Origin: a virus
Lineage: Duplodnaviria > Caudoviricetes
Strand: one strand, 5' to 3'
DNA: 24,010 nucleotides
Virus record (IMG/VR): IMGVR_UViG_3300026254_000012
Span: 1 to 24,010 of that record
The notes beneath the pieces were generated by a model. That model was not told the origin of the DNA. It saw only the letters and a program-made list of their open reading frames with translations, and searched no databases. Within the stretch, counting starts at the first letter, position 1. The number at the start of each line of letters is the position of its first letter. The translations under genes and the position numbers were made by a program. Positions 8,417-17,616 of this stretch are shown here, one piece after another.

Positions 8417-9208
8417 ATGCTGACACGCATCGCGCTGCGCGTTGCCGTGCAGGAAGCCCTTCGCGGCGCCACCCTCGCCGGTGACAATGTGCTGGACAGC
8501 CAGTTCACGGCCCTCGACCTCGATGCCGACGGCGCCCTGCGAACAGATCAGGATCGACCCTTCATCTCGGTCTATACCGATGGCGGGCGGGTCGGTGCGG
8601 GCAATGGATTCCTGTCGCTATTTGGCGACGATCCAACGGTTGAGCTAGTAATCGAAGCCGGTATCTCGGCCGCCATGCTCGAACAGGATCCTGAAACCGG
8701 GGTGACCTCAATCATCGGCGTCGGACTGCCAGACACAGACGCCAATATGGAGCTGTCGCTCGATCTGATGATGCGGCAGGTTGCCGATGCCCTGGTCGCG
8801 CCAGACAGTCTCTGGGCCGACCTGGCACGCGAGCTGATGGGCGACGTCTCCGGCATCGAGCGCTCGCGCATCGGCCAGAAACAAAACGGCACGCGCGTGG
8901 CGGCACAGGAAGTCCGGATCACGGCCGGCCTGCTTGCCGATCCGGTTCGTGGCGCGGATTTGACTGGCAGCATCTATGCACGGTTTCTGACGGCCCTGGC
9001 CGATAGCGCTGATGCGCGGCTGGCCAAGATCAAGCTGGCCTTCGAGGCCGCCCTGGCGGGCACTGCCGTCGACTGGCAGCTGGTGCAGCGCGAGCTTGGC
9101 CTGACCGACGGCCAGTCCGTAGCGCTCGGCGGCCGCCCCCTGGCGACAGGCGAGAGCGGCGAAGTGCCGACGATCGAAACCGTCACCGTCGAGGTTGAGC
9201 CATCATGA
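8417..9208 (+). CDS. Phage hypothetical protein, probable neck / tail-terminator component
   Basis: 263 aa with GAGG RBS. RPFISVYTD motif, located between head-joining and baseplate genes. ATGA overlap with gpV. Confidence 0.6.
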   Translation: MLTRIALRVAVQEALRGATLAGDNVLDSQFTALDLDADGALRTDQDRPFISVYTDGGRVGAGNGFLSLFGDDPTVELVIEAGISAAMLEQDPETGVTSIIGVGLPDTDANMELSLDLMMRQVADALVAPDSLWADLARELMGDVSGIERSRIGQKQNGTRVAAQEVRITAGLLADPVRGADLTGSIYARFLTALADSADARLAKIKLAFEAALAGTAVDWQLVQRELGLTDGQSVALGGRPLATGESGEVPTIETVTVEVEPS

Positions 9209-9750
9209 TCTCGGAAATCATCGCGCAGCGGGCCGATATTGAGCAGCTCAAGAGCCTCTTCGGCCGGGCGCTCCGGGTTGGGCCGGTGGCCATCGTGGAT
9301 CCGGAGAAAGGCTTTCGCATCAAGCTCGGTGACGGGCCAGATGGGCAGCCCTATCTCTCGCCCTTCTATCCGCATCCGGAATCTGGCGGCGCGACCTCGA
9401 CCTGGGCGCCATTGAGCGAGGGGCAGATTGTCGGGCTCATCAATCCCGGTGGCGATCCCCGTCGCGGCGTTCTGCTGCGTGGCGGTTTCTCGGATGCCAA
9501 TCCGCCGCCCAGCCAGAGCCTTGACGAAAACAAGCTGCAGTTCGGCGGGGTGACGATCACCATCGGCAAGGGTGGCGACGTGACGATCGATGCCACGACC
9601 AATGTCCTGGTGAACGCCCCCAAGATCGAGCTGGGCGGCGAAGGCGGCAAGAAGGTCGCCCGGATCGGCGACAAAGTGAATGTCGGTTCCGGTTCATCGG
9701 CGGGCCTCTGGCCGATCGTCGAAGGATCCGACGTGGTTTTTGCAGTCTAG
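9205..9750 (+). CDS. Baseplate assembly protein V (spike)
   Basis: 181 aa. OB-fold-type N-terminus (RVGPVAIVDPEKG, WAPLSEGQIV, PGGDPRRG, SDANPPP) followed by beta-repeats. Confidence 0.85.
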   Translation: MISEIIAQRADIEQLKSLFGRALRVGPVAIVDPEKGFRIKLGDGPDGQPYLSPFYPHPESGGATSTWAPLSEGQIVGLINPGGDPRRGVLLRGGFSDANPPPSQSLDENKLQFGGVTITIGKGGDVTIDATTNVLVNAPKIELGGEGGKKVARIGDKVNVGSGSSAGLWPIVEGSDVVFAV

Positions 9751-9761
9751 GAGAGCAAGCC

Positions 9762-9932
9762 ATGAAAAAGCTCTATGTGGTGGCGCCCGGCGTCACCCAG
9801 ATCAATGGCGCCCCGGTGCCCAGCAATCGGCGCGTAGCGCTCACCGAGGCCGAGGCGCTATATGATCTCGGCCACGGCCGCCTGACGCCGGCGCCAGCCC
9901 GCAAGCCGCCCCGAACCAAGGCCGCCAAATGA
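9762..9932 (+). CDS. Small phage hypothetical protein (56 aa, absent from the ORF track)
   Basis: MKKLYVVAPGVTQINGAPVPSNRRVALTEAEALYDLGHGRLTPAPARKPPRTKAAK. GGAG RBS at 9750-9753, fills the gap exactly and has an ATGA overlap with the next gene. Confidence 0.75.
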   Translation: MKKLYVVAPGVTQINGAPVPSNRRVALTEAEALYDLGHGRLTPAPARKPPRTKAAK

Positions 9933-10318
9933 GCGGCGTTGACCGGCATACCGGCAAAATGGTCGACGGCTACAGCTCGGCCCTGCAATCGGTCGAGGTG
10001 ATCTTCACCACGCGGATCGGCGAGCGCGTCATGCGGCGCCACTTCGGTGCCGGTCTCGCCGAGCTGCTAGGCCGGGCCACGACCCCGGCCCTGTTTGCAG
10101 CGTGGAAAACGCTGATCGCCGTCGGCATTGATCTTTGGGAGCCGCGCTTTCGCGTGCGCGCTGTCCTGATCTCGGCCACGCCTGCAGAGCTGCGGCTGGG
10201 CAATGCGGGCATTCAAGTTCTGGTCGACTGGCGCCCTCGCGCGCTTGCCGGCGACCTTTCCGTAGCAAGCACGCGCAGCTTCACCATTCGCCTGGGGGAG
10301 CGCGTCACGATCAACTAG
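9929..10318 (+). CDS. Baseplate protein W (GPW/gp25 family)
   Basis: 129 aa with GVDRHTG, IFTTRIGERVMRRHFG and WEPRFRV. Confidence 0.92.
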   Translation: MSGVDRHTGKMVDGYSSALQSVEVIFTTRIGERVMRRHFGAGLAELLGRATTPALFAAWKTLIAVGIDLWEPRFRVRAVLISATPAELRLGNAGIQVLVDWRPRALAGDLSVASTRSFTIRLGERVTIN

Positions 10319-10328
10319 GGGTGCCTCG

Positions 10329-11192
10329 ATGGCCGAACTGCCCGCCGAACTTGCGAACCTGCCGCTGCCGGTCATCATCGAGCAGATCAGCTATGAAGAT
10401 CGCTATGCCGCCTTCCGCGCACAGCTGGTGGCAATCTTTGCGGCCGCAGGGATCGACTATGACGTCGAGGATCTGGAAACCGATCCGGCGCAGATCCTGC
10501 TGCAGACGGCCAGCTATAGCGACCTCCTGCTGCGCCAGCGGATCAATGAGGCCATTCGGGCAAACCTCCTGGCCTTCGCCAATGGCAGCGATCTCGACCA
10601 CCTGGCGCAGTTCTATGATGTGACACGCCTGACCGGCGAAACCGATGCCGCTTTGCGCGTGCGCGTGGTGCTGGCGATCCGCGGTCGATCGACGGGCGGC
10701 ACCGAGCCGCGCTATCGCTCGGTGGCCCTCGGCGCCGACGCGCGGGTTGCCGATGCTGCGGTCTATACCGTCGGACGGGATCCGACCGTGCATGTGGCGG
10801 TGTTCTCCACCGACAATGCCGGCGTTGCTGACGTGGCGCTGCTGGCAAAGGTGGATGCCGCCCTGCAGGCTCCGGCCGTGCGCATGGTCAATGATCGGAT
10901 CGTCGTCGCGGCCGCCTCGCGCGTTGCCATGCCGGTGACGGCCAATGTCTGGCTGCTGCCGGAAACGTCTGCAGCAATCGTCGATCAGATGACAGCAAAA
11001 CTGAGCGCAGCCTGGGCTGCCCAGATGGGGCTCGGCCGTGACGTCACAAGATCCTGGCTGATCGCCAACCTGATGATCGACGGGGTGCAGCGCGTGGAGA
11101 TCCTCGCGCCGGCCGCTGACGTCATTGTGCCATTCAACCAGGCGGCCGCGCTTGGGGCGGTCACCCTCAACACGATTGGCAGAGCATTCTGA
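10329..11192 (+). CDS. Baseplate J / gp47 family protein
   Basis: 287 aa with LRQRINEA, LAFANGSDLDHLA and GETDAALRVR. Confidence 0.92.
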   Translation: MAELPAELANLPLPVIIEQISYEDRYAAFRAQLVAIFAAAGIDYDVEDLETDPAQILLQTASYSDLLLRQRINEAIRANLLAFANGSDLDHLAQFYDVTRLTGETDAALRVRVVLAIRGRSTGGTEPRYRSVALGADARVADAAVYTVGRDPTVHVAVFSTDNAGVADVALLAKVDAALQAPAVRMVNDRIVVAAASRVAMPVTANVWLLPETSAAIVDQMTAKLSAAWAAQMGLGRDVTRSWLIANLMIDGVQRVEILAPAADVIVPFNQAAALGAVTLNTIGRAF

Positions 11193-12304
11193 TGTTGAGC
11201 GATTTGCTGCCGGGCAATGCCACGGATTGGGAACGCGCCCTGGCCGAGGCGCTCGACACCAACCAATCGGTGTCGCCGGCCATTGTTGCCATTCGCGGCA
11301 CCAAGCTCTTGGCGCCGCCGCCATCGTTCCTGCCCTTCCTCATCTATGAGTATGGGCTGGGCGAGCTGACGCCTTACGTGCCCAATCTCTATGAGCTGAT
11401 CGCGGAAGGGATCGACTGGCAGCGTGTCCGGGGGACGCCAGCCGCCATTGACCTTGCCCTGGCCTGGCTGGGCTATGAAGGCATTGTCGATGAGGCCAGC
11501 TCGCTGCGGCGGTATTGGAACCTGTTCCAGCTTCACCTCGATCGCGTCCGAGACGCGCGCGCGGATCTCGAACGGATCGCCGGCGTGGCCAAGCTTTCGG
11601 TGCCCAGGCGCTCGGTGTTCTGGCGGGGCTATCACGGTCTCGACATACGGCCGCTGACCCTTTCCGAAAGCCATTGGGGCGAAGCGCATTATGGCGAGTT
11701 TTCCGGTCGGCGCCTCGAAGAGGGCGGGCCGCTCTGGTCTTTCGGCCGGAGCTATGAGTTCGACCATACCCTGGCTGAGGCCGACCTGGTCGAACTGGGG
11801 GTTTGGTTGGAGCCGGTCGCCGATGAGGATCTAGGCTGGGGCGACTTCAGTTGGGACAGTACCGAGGCCAGCTGGGAATCGAGTGCTGTGCGCGCCCGAT
11901 CCGAAGCCATGGCATCGGGCGCGATCGGCCGGCCGATCTGGTTCGCTTTCTTCGACGAAGGGGGCGACGTGATCGGATATCGGCGTGCCCGCGCGAGCTG
12001 GGTGGTCGCGCCGGAGACAGGCGGCCCCTACCGGGTCGGCGGCGCCGACTATGCGCCGGTGCCCAGTGCCGACATTCGGATCTATGCCGAATGCCAGACC
12101 GGCTTTGGTGACGGCGACGGCAGTGTCGCCCACTCGTTTGGACTGGTGTTCGACGCCGTGCCCAGCGATCCGGCTGCGCCTGGCCTGCTGTGGCTGGCGC
12201 CCGGTGAAATCTCTGGCGGCACCGAACCGGTGGCCGTCTCGCCGATCGATATCGCCTTTGGCGAAACCATTCGCGAGCGCGTCAAAGTGCTTTTGCGGTT
12301 CTAG
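11192..12304 (+). CDS. Tail protein I (P2 gpI-like) with C-terminal extension
   Basis: 370 aa with DLLPGNATDWERAL, FLPFLIYEYGL and RVRGTPAAI. TGATG overlap with gpJ. Confidence 0.85.
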   Translation: MLSDLLPGNATDWERALAEALDTNQSVSPAIVAIRGTKLLAPPPSFLPFLIYEYGLGELTPYVPNLYELIAEGIDWQRVRGTPAAIDLALAWLGYEGIVDEASSLRRYWNLFQLHLDRVRDARADLERIAGVAKLSVPRRSVFWRGYHGLDIRPLTLSESHWGEAHYGEFSGRRLEEGGPLWSFGRSYEFDHTLAEADLVELGVWLEPVADEDLGWGDFSWDSTEASWESSAVRARSEAMASGAIGRPIWFAFFDEGGDVIGYRRARASWVVAPETGGPYRVGGADYAPVPSADIRIYAECQTGFGDGDGSVAHSFGLVFDAVPSDPAAPGLLWLAPGEISGGTEPVAVSPIDIAFGETIRERVKVLLRF

Positions 12305-12315
12305 GGACATACGAC

Positions 12316-15300
12316 ATGGCTTTTGAAGTTCCCGGCGTGCCTGCGGCTTATGACCGTGGGCCGAGCCGGCCAAACACGTCCGGGGTGATCTTTCGCGAGG
12401 GCGAGCAGTATTACACCCAAGGCGCCGAGCTGAATGAAGTTCAAACCATTCTGCGCTCGCGCGGCCAGCGGATCTCGGATCGCGTCATCAAGGATGGCGA
12501 CCGGATCGAGGGTGCCGACGTCAATATCGACTTCGACAATGGCGTCGTGCATGTGTTCCCCGGCCGGATCTATATCGAGGGCGATATCTATCCGATCGAG
12601 GAAGCCTATCTCGCCGACGTGCCGATGGTCGGCGAGGTGACGATCGGCGTCCGGGTGATCCGTACCGTTGTCACCGAAGTCGAGGATCCGACCCTCACCG
12701 GGCTCCACCCCGGCTCGGCCGCCGAGGGCGAACCGGGTGCGGCCCGGCAGCAGATCGCATTGAGCTGGGGCTTTTCCGGCGACGGCCAGGAGGGTGACCT
12801 TTATTCGGTCTATCGGCTGCTCGACGGGACGGTCATCACCCAGGTGGCGCCGCCTGCGCTGTCGGGGATCATGGCCCAGATCGCGCCCTATGATTTCGAC
12901 CTCAACGGGCACTACATCGTCGATGGCTGCGAAGTCACCGCCCTCGGCCTCAATGGCGCCGACCAGGTGTTTTCGATCAACGCGGGCACGGCCAATATTC
13001 TGGGTTACAAGCGGATCCGCGAAACTGCCTTCACCATGCAGGTGACAGAGGATCCGTCGCTTGAACTGATCTCGGGCGAAACCCACACCTTTACCGGCGC
13101 CACCGGCACCTCGACCACGGTGGCGGTCAACCGCGGCCCGATCGCGGCGCTCAACTTTGCCGTGGTGGTCAAGCGCGCCGTCGAAACCGTGGTGCGCGGC
13201 GGCTCGCCCGGTGGCATCGACGCGCTGCTCATGGCCGGCGCCTTCGAGATCGAGAGCGTCGTGCAGGGTGGCACGACCTTTGACCCGTCGACCTATGCCC
13301 TTGCCGGCAATGGCATCAGCTGGGGTCCGGCTGGCGCCGAGCCGGTTGGCGCCTCGACCTATACCGTGACGTATCTCTACAATGTCTCGGTGCTGGACAC
13401 CGCTACGCACACGGCCACCGAAGTGACCGTGCAGGGTGGGGTCAATGGGAAGCCGATCATTCTGGGCTACAGCTCCAAGCTGCCCCGCATCGATCTCATT
13501 TGCCTCGACATTGCAGGCCGTCCGGCTTGCGTGAAGGGGGTCTCGGCCCGTCGTGGTGCCCTGCCGCCGACCGTGCCGGGTAACCTGCTCAAGCTGGCCG
13601 AAGTGCATAACAGCTGGCTGGGCCCTCCGGTCATCGTCAACAATGGCACGCGCAATGTCACCCAGGACGATCACCGGCGCTATTATGCGCTGCTGATCAA
13701 GGTGGCTGAGCAGGTCGATCGTTGGGCCATGTCTTCGAACGAAGTGCGCCTTTCGGGCACACCGGTCTCGAAGCGCGGGATCTTCACCGACACCTTTGTC
13801 GATGACTTCTACCGCGACCCTGGCGCTGCACAGTCGGCGGCCGTCAACCGTGGCGTGCTACAGCTGGCGATCGACAATGTGCTGCTCGATATCGTCCTGG
13901 GGGACGTGATCACGCTGCCCTATGTCGAAGAGATCGTCGTATCTCAGCCGCAGCGCACCAGCGTGTCGCTGATCAACCCATACGACAATTTCATTCCCAT
14001 GCCTGCGGGGATGAAGATCCAGCCGGCCGCCTATTTCTGGACGGAACGGGCGGTCGAATGGACGTCGCCGGTGACACAGGAATTCACGGCGGCGCCAAAC
14101 GTGCCGCCCGGCCAGACCGTGTTCGACGAAGTGGCGGCGACCAGGCAGGAAGCTGCCCGGGTGCTGGCGCAGATCGAGGTGGCGGTGACGCTCGAAGGTT
14201 TCGGGGTCGGTGAGGAGCTGGCCACGCTGACCTTCGACGGTCGCAACGTGAAACCAGCCGGCACCCAGACGGCCGACGCCAATGGCGAGATCGCACTGAC
14301 CTTCACCATCCCGGCCAATGTGCCGGTCGGGCGCAGGTTGGTGCGGGCTACTGGCGCGGCCGACAGTTTCGCGGAAGCGATCTTTGTCGGCGAAGGCCAG
14401 ATCGACGTCTCGATCATGCGCCGGGTGACCCTGGTGACGCGCGCGGCTCCGCCGCCCGTGGTGATCGTCAACAACACGATCGTCAACAATGTCACCCAGG
14501 TGATCAACCAGGTGGTCAATCCGAACACGGGGGGCAATAACGACCCGCTGGCGCAGAGCTTCCGGGTGCCCGCGCCTCGGTTCATTGTTGGCGTCAACTT
14601 CTGGATCGAGGCTGTGGGCTCGCCGCTAAATGCGGTGCGCGTGCAGCTGGCGACCATGGCCAACGGCTTTCCGACCACCGAGGTGTTGGCCGAGGCCTTT
14701 GTGTCGATGGCGATGGTCGAGCCAGGCGACAAGATCGAGGCGCGCTTTGCGGCCCCGGTCTATCTCGACCCGATGCGGCTCTATTGCTTCGTCATCCTCA
14801 CCTCGGATGGCGAGCATGCGGTCTCGACCTCTCGCCTCGGCGACGTGTTCGGATCCGGGGCCAATCAGGAGCGGGTATCGTCGCAGCCCTATACGATCGG
14901 GGACATGTTCAGTTCGTCCAACCGGGTGAGCTGGCAGGTGCATCCGGATGAAGACATCGCCTTCGAAATAGTCGGTGCCAAATTCACGGCCACCAGCCTG
15001 GTGCAGAATCTCTGGACCGGGGCGCTCGACACGATCAGCGATTTCCTGGTGAGGGGTTCGATCGAGATCCCGTCACAAGAGGCGGGCTTCCGCTATGAGC
15101 TGGTGCGGGCCGACAGCTCGGTCATACCGCTGGCAGCGGGGCAGAATCACGAATTCTCCGGCTATGTGTCGGAGACCGTGACGCTGCGCGCGGTGCTTGC
15201 GGGGACCGAGACGATCTCGCCGGTGCTCTATCCGGGCACAATGATCGCAGGTGGCCGGATTCGTGCGACCGGCACCTATGTCACGCGCGCCTTCGAAATC

Positions 15301-15558
15301 GGCGTCAGTAAGACGGTGTCGGCGCTGTTCGCGGCCTTTCTGGGCTCGGGTGGCACGGTCGCGGTCGAAGTGGATGCCGGCGACGACAACTGGGTCGATC
15401 TGGACCTCGACAGCACTTTCACGCTGGGTGAGGGCTGGGTCGAACCCAAATTTGAGCTGGCGAGCTACTCGGCCGCCGAAGGGCGCTTGCGCGTCACGAT
15501 GACCGGTGGGCCTGACAGCCGCACTTCCATTGCCGCCCTGCGCGGCTATTCCGTCTAG
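12316..15558 (+). CDS. Large baseplate/tail structural protein, DUF4815-like
   Basis: 1080 aa with QGAELNEVQ, EPGAAR, GIFTDTFVDD...RD, INPYDNF and DPLAQSF motifs, positioned after gpI. Confidence 0.8.
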   Translation: MAFEVPGVPAAYDRGPSRPNTSGVIFREGEQYYTQGAELNEVQTILRSRGQRISDRVIKDGDRIEGADVNIDFDNGVVHVFPGRIYIEGDIYPIEEAYLADVPMVGEVTIGVRVIRTVVTEVEDPTLTGLHPGSAAEGEPGAARQQIALSWGFSGDGQEGDLYSVYRLLDGTVITQVAPPALSGIMAQIAPYDFDLNGHYIVDGCEVTALGLNGADQVFSINAGTANILGYKRIRETAFTMQVTEDPSLELISGETHTFTGATGTSTTVAVNRGPIAALNFAVVVKRAVETVVRGGSPGGIDALLMAGAFEIESVVQGGTTFDPSTYALAGNGISWGPAGAEPVGASTYTVTYLYNVSVLDTATHTATEVTVQGGVNGKPIILGYSSKLPRIDLICLDIAGRPACVKGVSARRGALPPTVPGNLLKLAEVHNSWLGPPVIVNNGTRNVTQDDHRRYYALLIKVAEQVDRWAMSSNEVRLSGTPVSKRGIFTDTFVDDFYRDPGAAQSAAVNRGVLQLAIDNVLLDIVLGDVITLPYVEEIVVSQPQRTSVSLINPYDNFIPMPAGMKIQPAAYFWTERAVEWTSPVTQEFTAAPNVPPGQTVFDEVAATRQEAARVLAQIEVAVTLEGFGVGEELATLTFDGRNVKPAGTQTADANGEIALTFTIPANVPVGRRLVRATGAADSFAEAIFVGEGQIDVSIMRRVTLVTRAAPPPVVIVNNTIVNNVTQVINQVVNPNTGGNNDPLAQSFRVPAPRFIVGVNFWIEAVGSPLNAVRVQLATMANGFPTTEVLAEAFVSMAMVEPGDKIEARFAAPVYLDPMRLYCFVILTSDGEHAVSTSRLGDVFGSGANQERVSSQPYTIGDMFSSSNRVSWQVHPDEDIAFEIVGAKFTATSLVQNLWTGALDTISDFLVRGSIEIPSQEAGFRYELVRADSSVIPLAAGQNHEFSGYVSETVTLRAVLAGTETISPVLYPGTMIAGGRIRATGTYVTRAFEIGVSKTVSALFAAFLGSGGTVAVEVDAGDDNWVDLDLDSTFTLGEGWVEPKFELASYSAAEGRLRVTMTGGPDSRTSIAALRGYSV

Positions 15559-15576
15559 ATCTAGGAGTTCGAGCGA

Positions 15577-16629
15577 ATGGCGACGACGCCCAATCGCGGC
15601 TATCAGCTGCCGGCGCCCGGTAGCAAGCTCAAAGACGACGTGCTTCGGCTGATCGCGGCACTTGGCGCGATCGACACCGATGTGGCAAACCTGCTGCTGG
15701 CCCTGGCCGGCAAATCCGACCTCGGTCATGGCCACGCCATGGCCGAGATCGCCGGCCTGGTCGCTGCGCTCGGCAATAAGCTGGACGTGGGATATCACGA
15801 TGCCCTCGCCAATCTGACCGACGTGGACGTCGCCGGCGTGGCCAATGGCATGGCGCTGTTGCGGCAGGCCAGCAAGTGGATCCCGGTCGCCCTGCAGATC
15901 AACAATATTGCCGGGCTTGAAACCGCCCTCAATGGGAAGGCTACACCGGCCGATATCACGGCCGCCATCAATGCCCTGGTGGGGGCCGCGCCCGGCGCAC
16001 TCGACACGCTCAATGAGCTGGCGACGGCTCTAGGGAACGATCCGGACTTTGCGACGACGATCACAAACGCCTTGGCGGGGAAGCAGCCGCTGGATTCTGA
16101 CCTGACTGCTATCGCGGCCCTGGCGACGACTGCCTTTGGCCGGGGCCTGCTTACTTTGGCCGATGCCGCAGCATCGCGGACCTACATCGGCGCACATGAT
16201 GCGACGAACCTAACAACGGGAACACTACCCACAGCTAGGCTGCCCGCAGACGCCTACAAGCGGACCAACATATTGACGACCCCCACCCACGTGTCGGGAG
16301 TCCCAACGGGAGGCATCCTCGCCCGAGGTGACAATGCGAACGGCTCGTGGATCATGTTTGCCAACGGCACTCTGATCTGCTCGCGGCAAGGCATAACCAT
16401 GTCGAAATCGACTGGTACGACATGGGTGAGTTCCTCGCTGACCTGGCCTATGGCCTTCGCTGCAGGCAACACGGTTCATGCGCTAGCATCAATGGGTGTG
16501 CCCACGTCCAACCAGCTCTCCATTTGCGCAATTCACCCAGATCTCTCGACTTACGCGATTTACATCAACTCCACTGATGCGCTCACGAGCCAACAGCTCC
16601 ATGTTGTCGGTATTGGAAGGTGGTTCTAG
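15577..16629 (+). CDS. Tail fibre protein
   Basis: 350 aa with AGGAG RBS. HGH..EIAGL..AL..K-type repeats, the fibre motif APGALDTLNELATALGNDPDFATTITNALAGKQPLD, GTLPTARLP, and a C-terminal NANGSWIMFANGTLIC domain. Confidence 0.88.
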   Translation: MATTPNRGYQLPAPGSKLKDDVLRLIAALGAIDTDVANLLLALAGKSDLGHGHAMAEIAGLVAALGNKLDVGYHDALANLTDVDVAGVANGMALLRQASKWIPVALQINNIAGLETALNGKATPADITAAINALVGAAPGALDTLNELATALGNDPDFATTITNALAGKQPLDSDLTAIAALATTAFGRGLLTLADAAASRTYIGAHDATNLTTGTLPTARLPADAYKRTNILTTPTHVSGVPTGGILARGDNANGSWIMFANGTLICSRQGITMSKSTGTTWVSSSLTWPMAFAAGNTVHALASMGVPTSNQLSICAIHPDLSTYAIYINSTDALTSQQLHVVGIGRWF

Positions 16630-16631
16630 CA

Positions 16632-16931
16632 ATGAATATCGAACTGTCGCCGCAAGTCCGGCTCGACACGCTATCGGTCACGGTCGATGGCGAGGTGATC
16701 ACGGTCAACGGAGCCTTGCTCGACCTGTCGGGCATTCCAGACGGCTATCGCCTTCCTGCCGAAGCCTTCGAGAGCGCCTATGTTCTGGGTGCTTATCGCG
16801 AGGGTGGGGTCTTGTCCGTCGCGTTGATCATGCCATGTTCGCCGGACGAAGCCCGGCAATCTGTCCTCTTTCCCGAAACAATCGTCGCCAGCAATGGACC
16901 GGTGACGCTCCCAACCAGTGCGGAGGGCTAG
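16632..16931 (+). CDS. Putative tail-fibre-associated (assembly/chaperone-like) protein
   Basis: ATG at 16632 after GGAAGG, giving 99 aa (MNIELSPQVRLDTLSV...NG...DLSGIPDG). This protein type commonly follows fibre genes. Confidence 0.65.
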   Translation: MNIELSPQVRLDTLSVTVDGEVITVNGALLDLSGIPDGYRLPAEAFESAYVLGAYREGGVLSVALIMPCSPDEARQSVLFPETIVASNGPVTLPTSAEG

Positions 16932-16936
16932 CGCTA

Positions 16937-17230
16937 GTGAGTGCTGTAAATTTGTCTCTGCTCACTCCCTTGGTTCCGGCATCGAACCCCTACCTGCCGC
17001 TCAAGCCCTATCAATTCTGGGGGGCCGTGCGCGCCACCGGCCACGAGATCGACCTGCATGCCTGGGTCGATACGATTGCCGATCCGGTGCAGAAGGGCAT
17101 CGCCTCGGCCATGCTGGAATTCAGCCTCGAATTCCGGCGCGACCATCCGCTGATCGAGGCGGCGCGGATCCATCTCGGCATGACCGAAACCGAGCTGAAC
17201 GATCTCTGGCTCTGGGGGCTGACGCTGTGA
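16937..17230 (+). CDS. Putative tail-fibre-associated small protein
   Basis: GTG at 16937 with GGAGG RBS at 16922-16926, giving 97 aa ending FRRDHPLI...LGMTETELNDLW. GTGA overlap with the next gene. Confidence 0.65.
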   Translation: MSAVNLSLLTPLVPASNPYLPLKPYQFWGAVRATGHEIDLHAWVDTIADPVQKGIASAMLEFSLEFRRDHPLIEAARIHLGMTETELNDLWLWGLTL

Positions 17231-17586
17231 GCAGTTTCACCGATCCGCTGGTGATCACACCGGACGAAAAGGGGCGCTACCGAACGGAGCGCCCCTTTTC
17301 TTTTGACCTCGGCGTCAAGGGCTCCGGCCTGCGCGTCACCGTGCCGGCCGGCTATGTCACCGACCTCGCCTCGGTGCCCCGCTGGCTTTGGTGGCTCTTC
17401 GCCCCGTTCGATCCGCAATACGCGGCTGCGGCCGTGCTGCACGACTATCTGCGCTCCTGGGCGGGCTTCGATCCGCTCACAGCGCACACGACCTTTCTCG
17501 ACGCCCTGGTGATCCTCGGCGTCGAGCGCTGGAAGGCGGTGGCCATGTTCCTGGCCGTCGTCATCTTCGACAGCGCGCGGCGCTGA
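17227..17586 (+). CDS. DUF1353-family protein
   Basis: GTG start, 119 aa, with VPAGYVTDLASVPR and AAVLHDYL signatures. Confidence 0.85.
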   Translation: MSSFTDPLVITPDEKGRYRTERPFSFDLGVKGSGLRVTVPAGYVTDLASVPRWLWWLFAPFDPQYAAAAVLHDYLRSWAGFDPLTAHTTFLDALVILGVERWKAVAMFLAVVIFDSARR

Positions 17587-17616
17587 CCCTCAAACCACAC
17601 CAAAGGAGACCACCCG

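Noticed and set aside
16300-16629. Diversity-generating retroelement or invertase-switched fibre tip
   Set aside because: No template repeat, reverse transcriptase, invertase or inverted duplicate tip is visible in the window.
16496-16936. Long upstream extension of ORF 16496-17230 (and likewise of 16918-17586)
   Set aside because: The extensions overlap better-supported genes. GTG starts at 16937 and 17227 fit the RBS and overlap logic.
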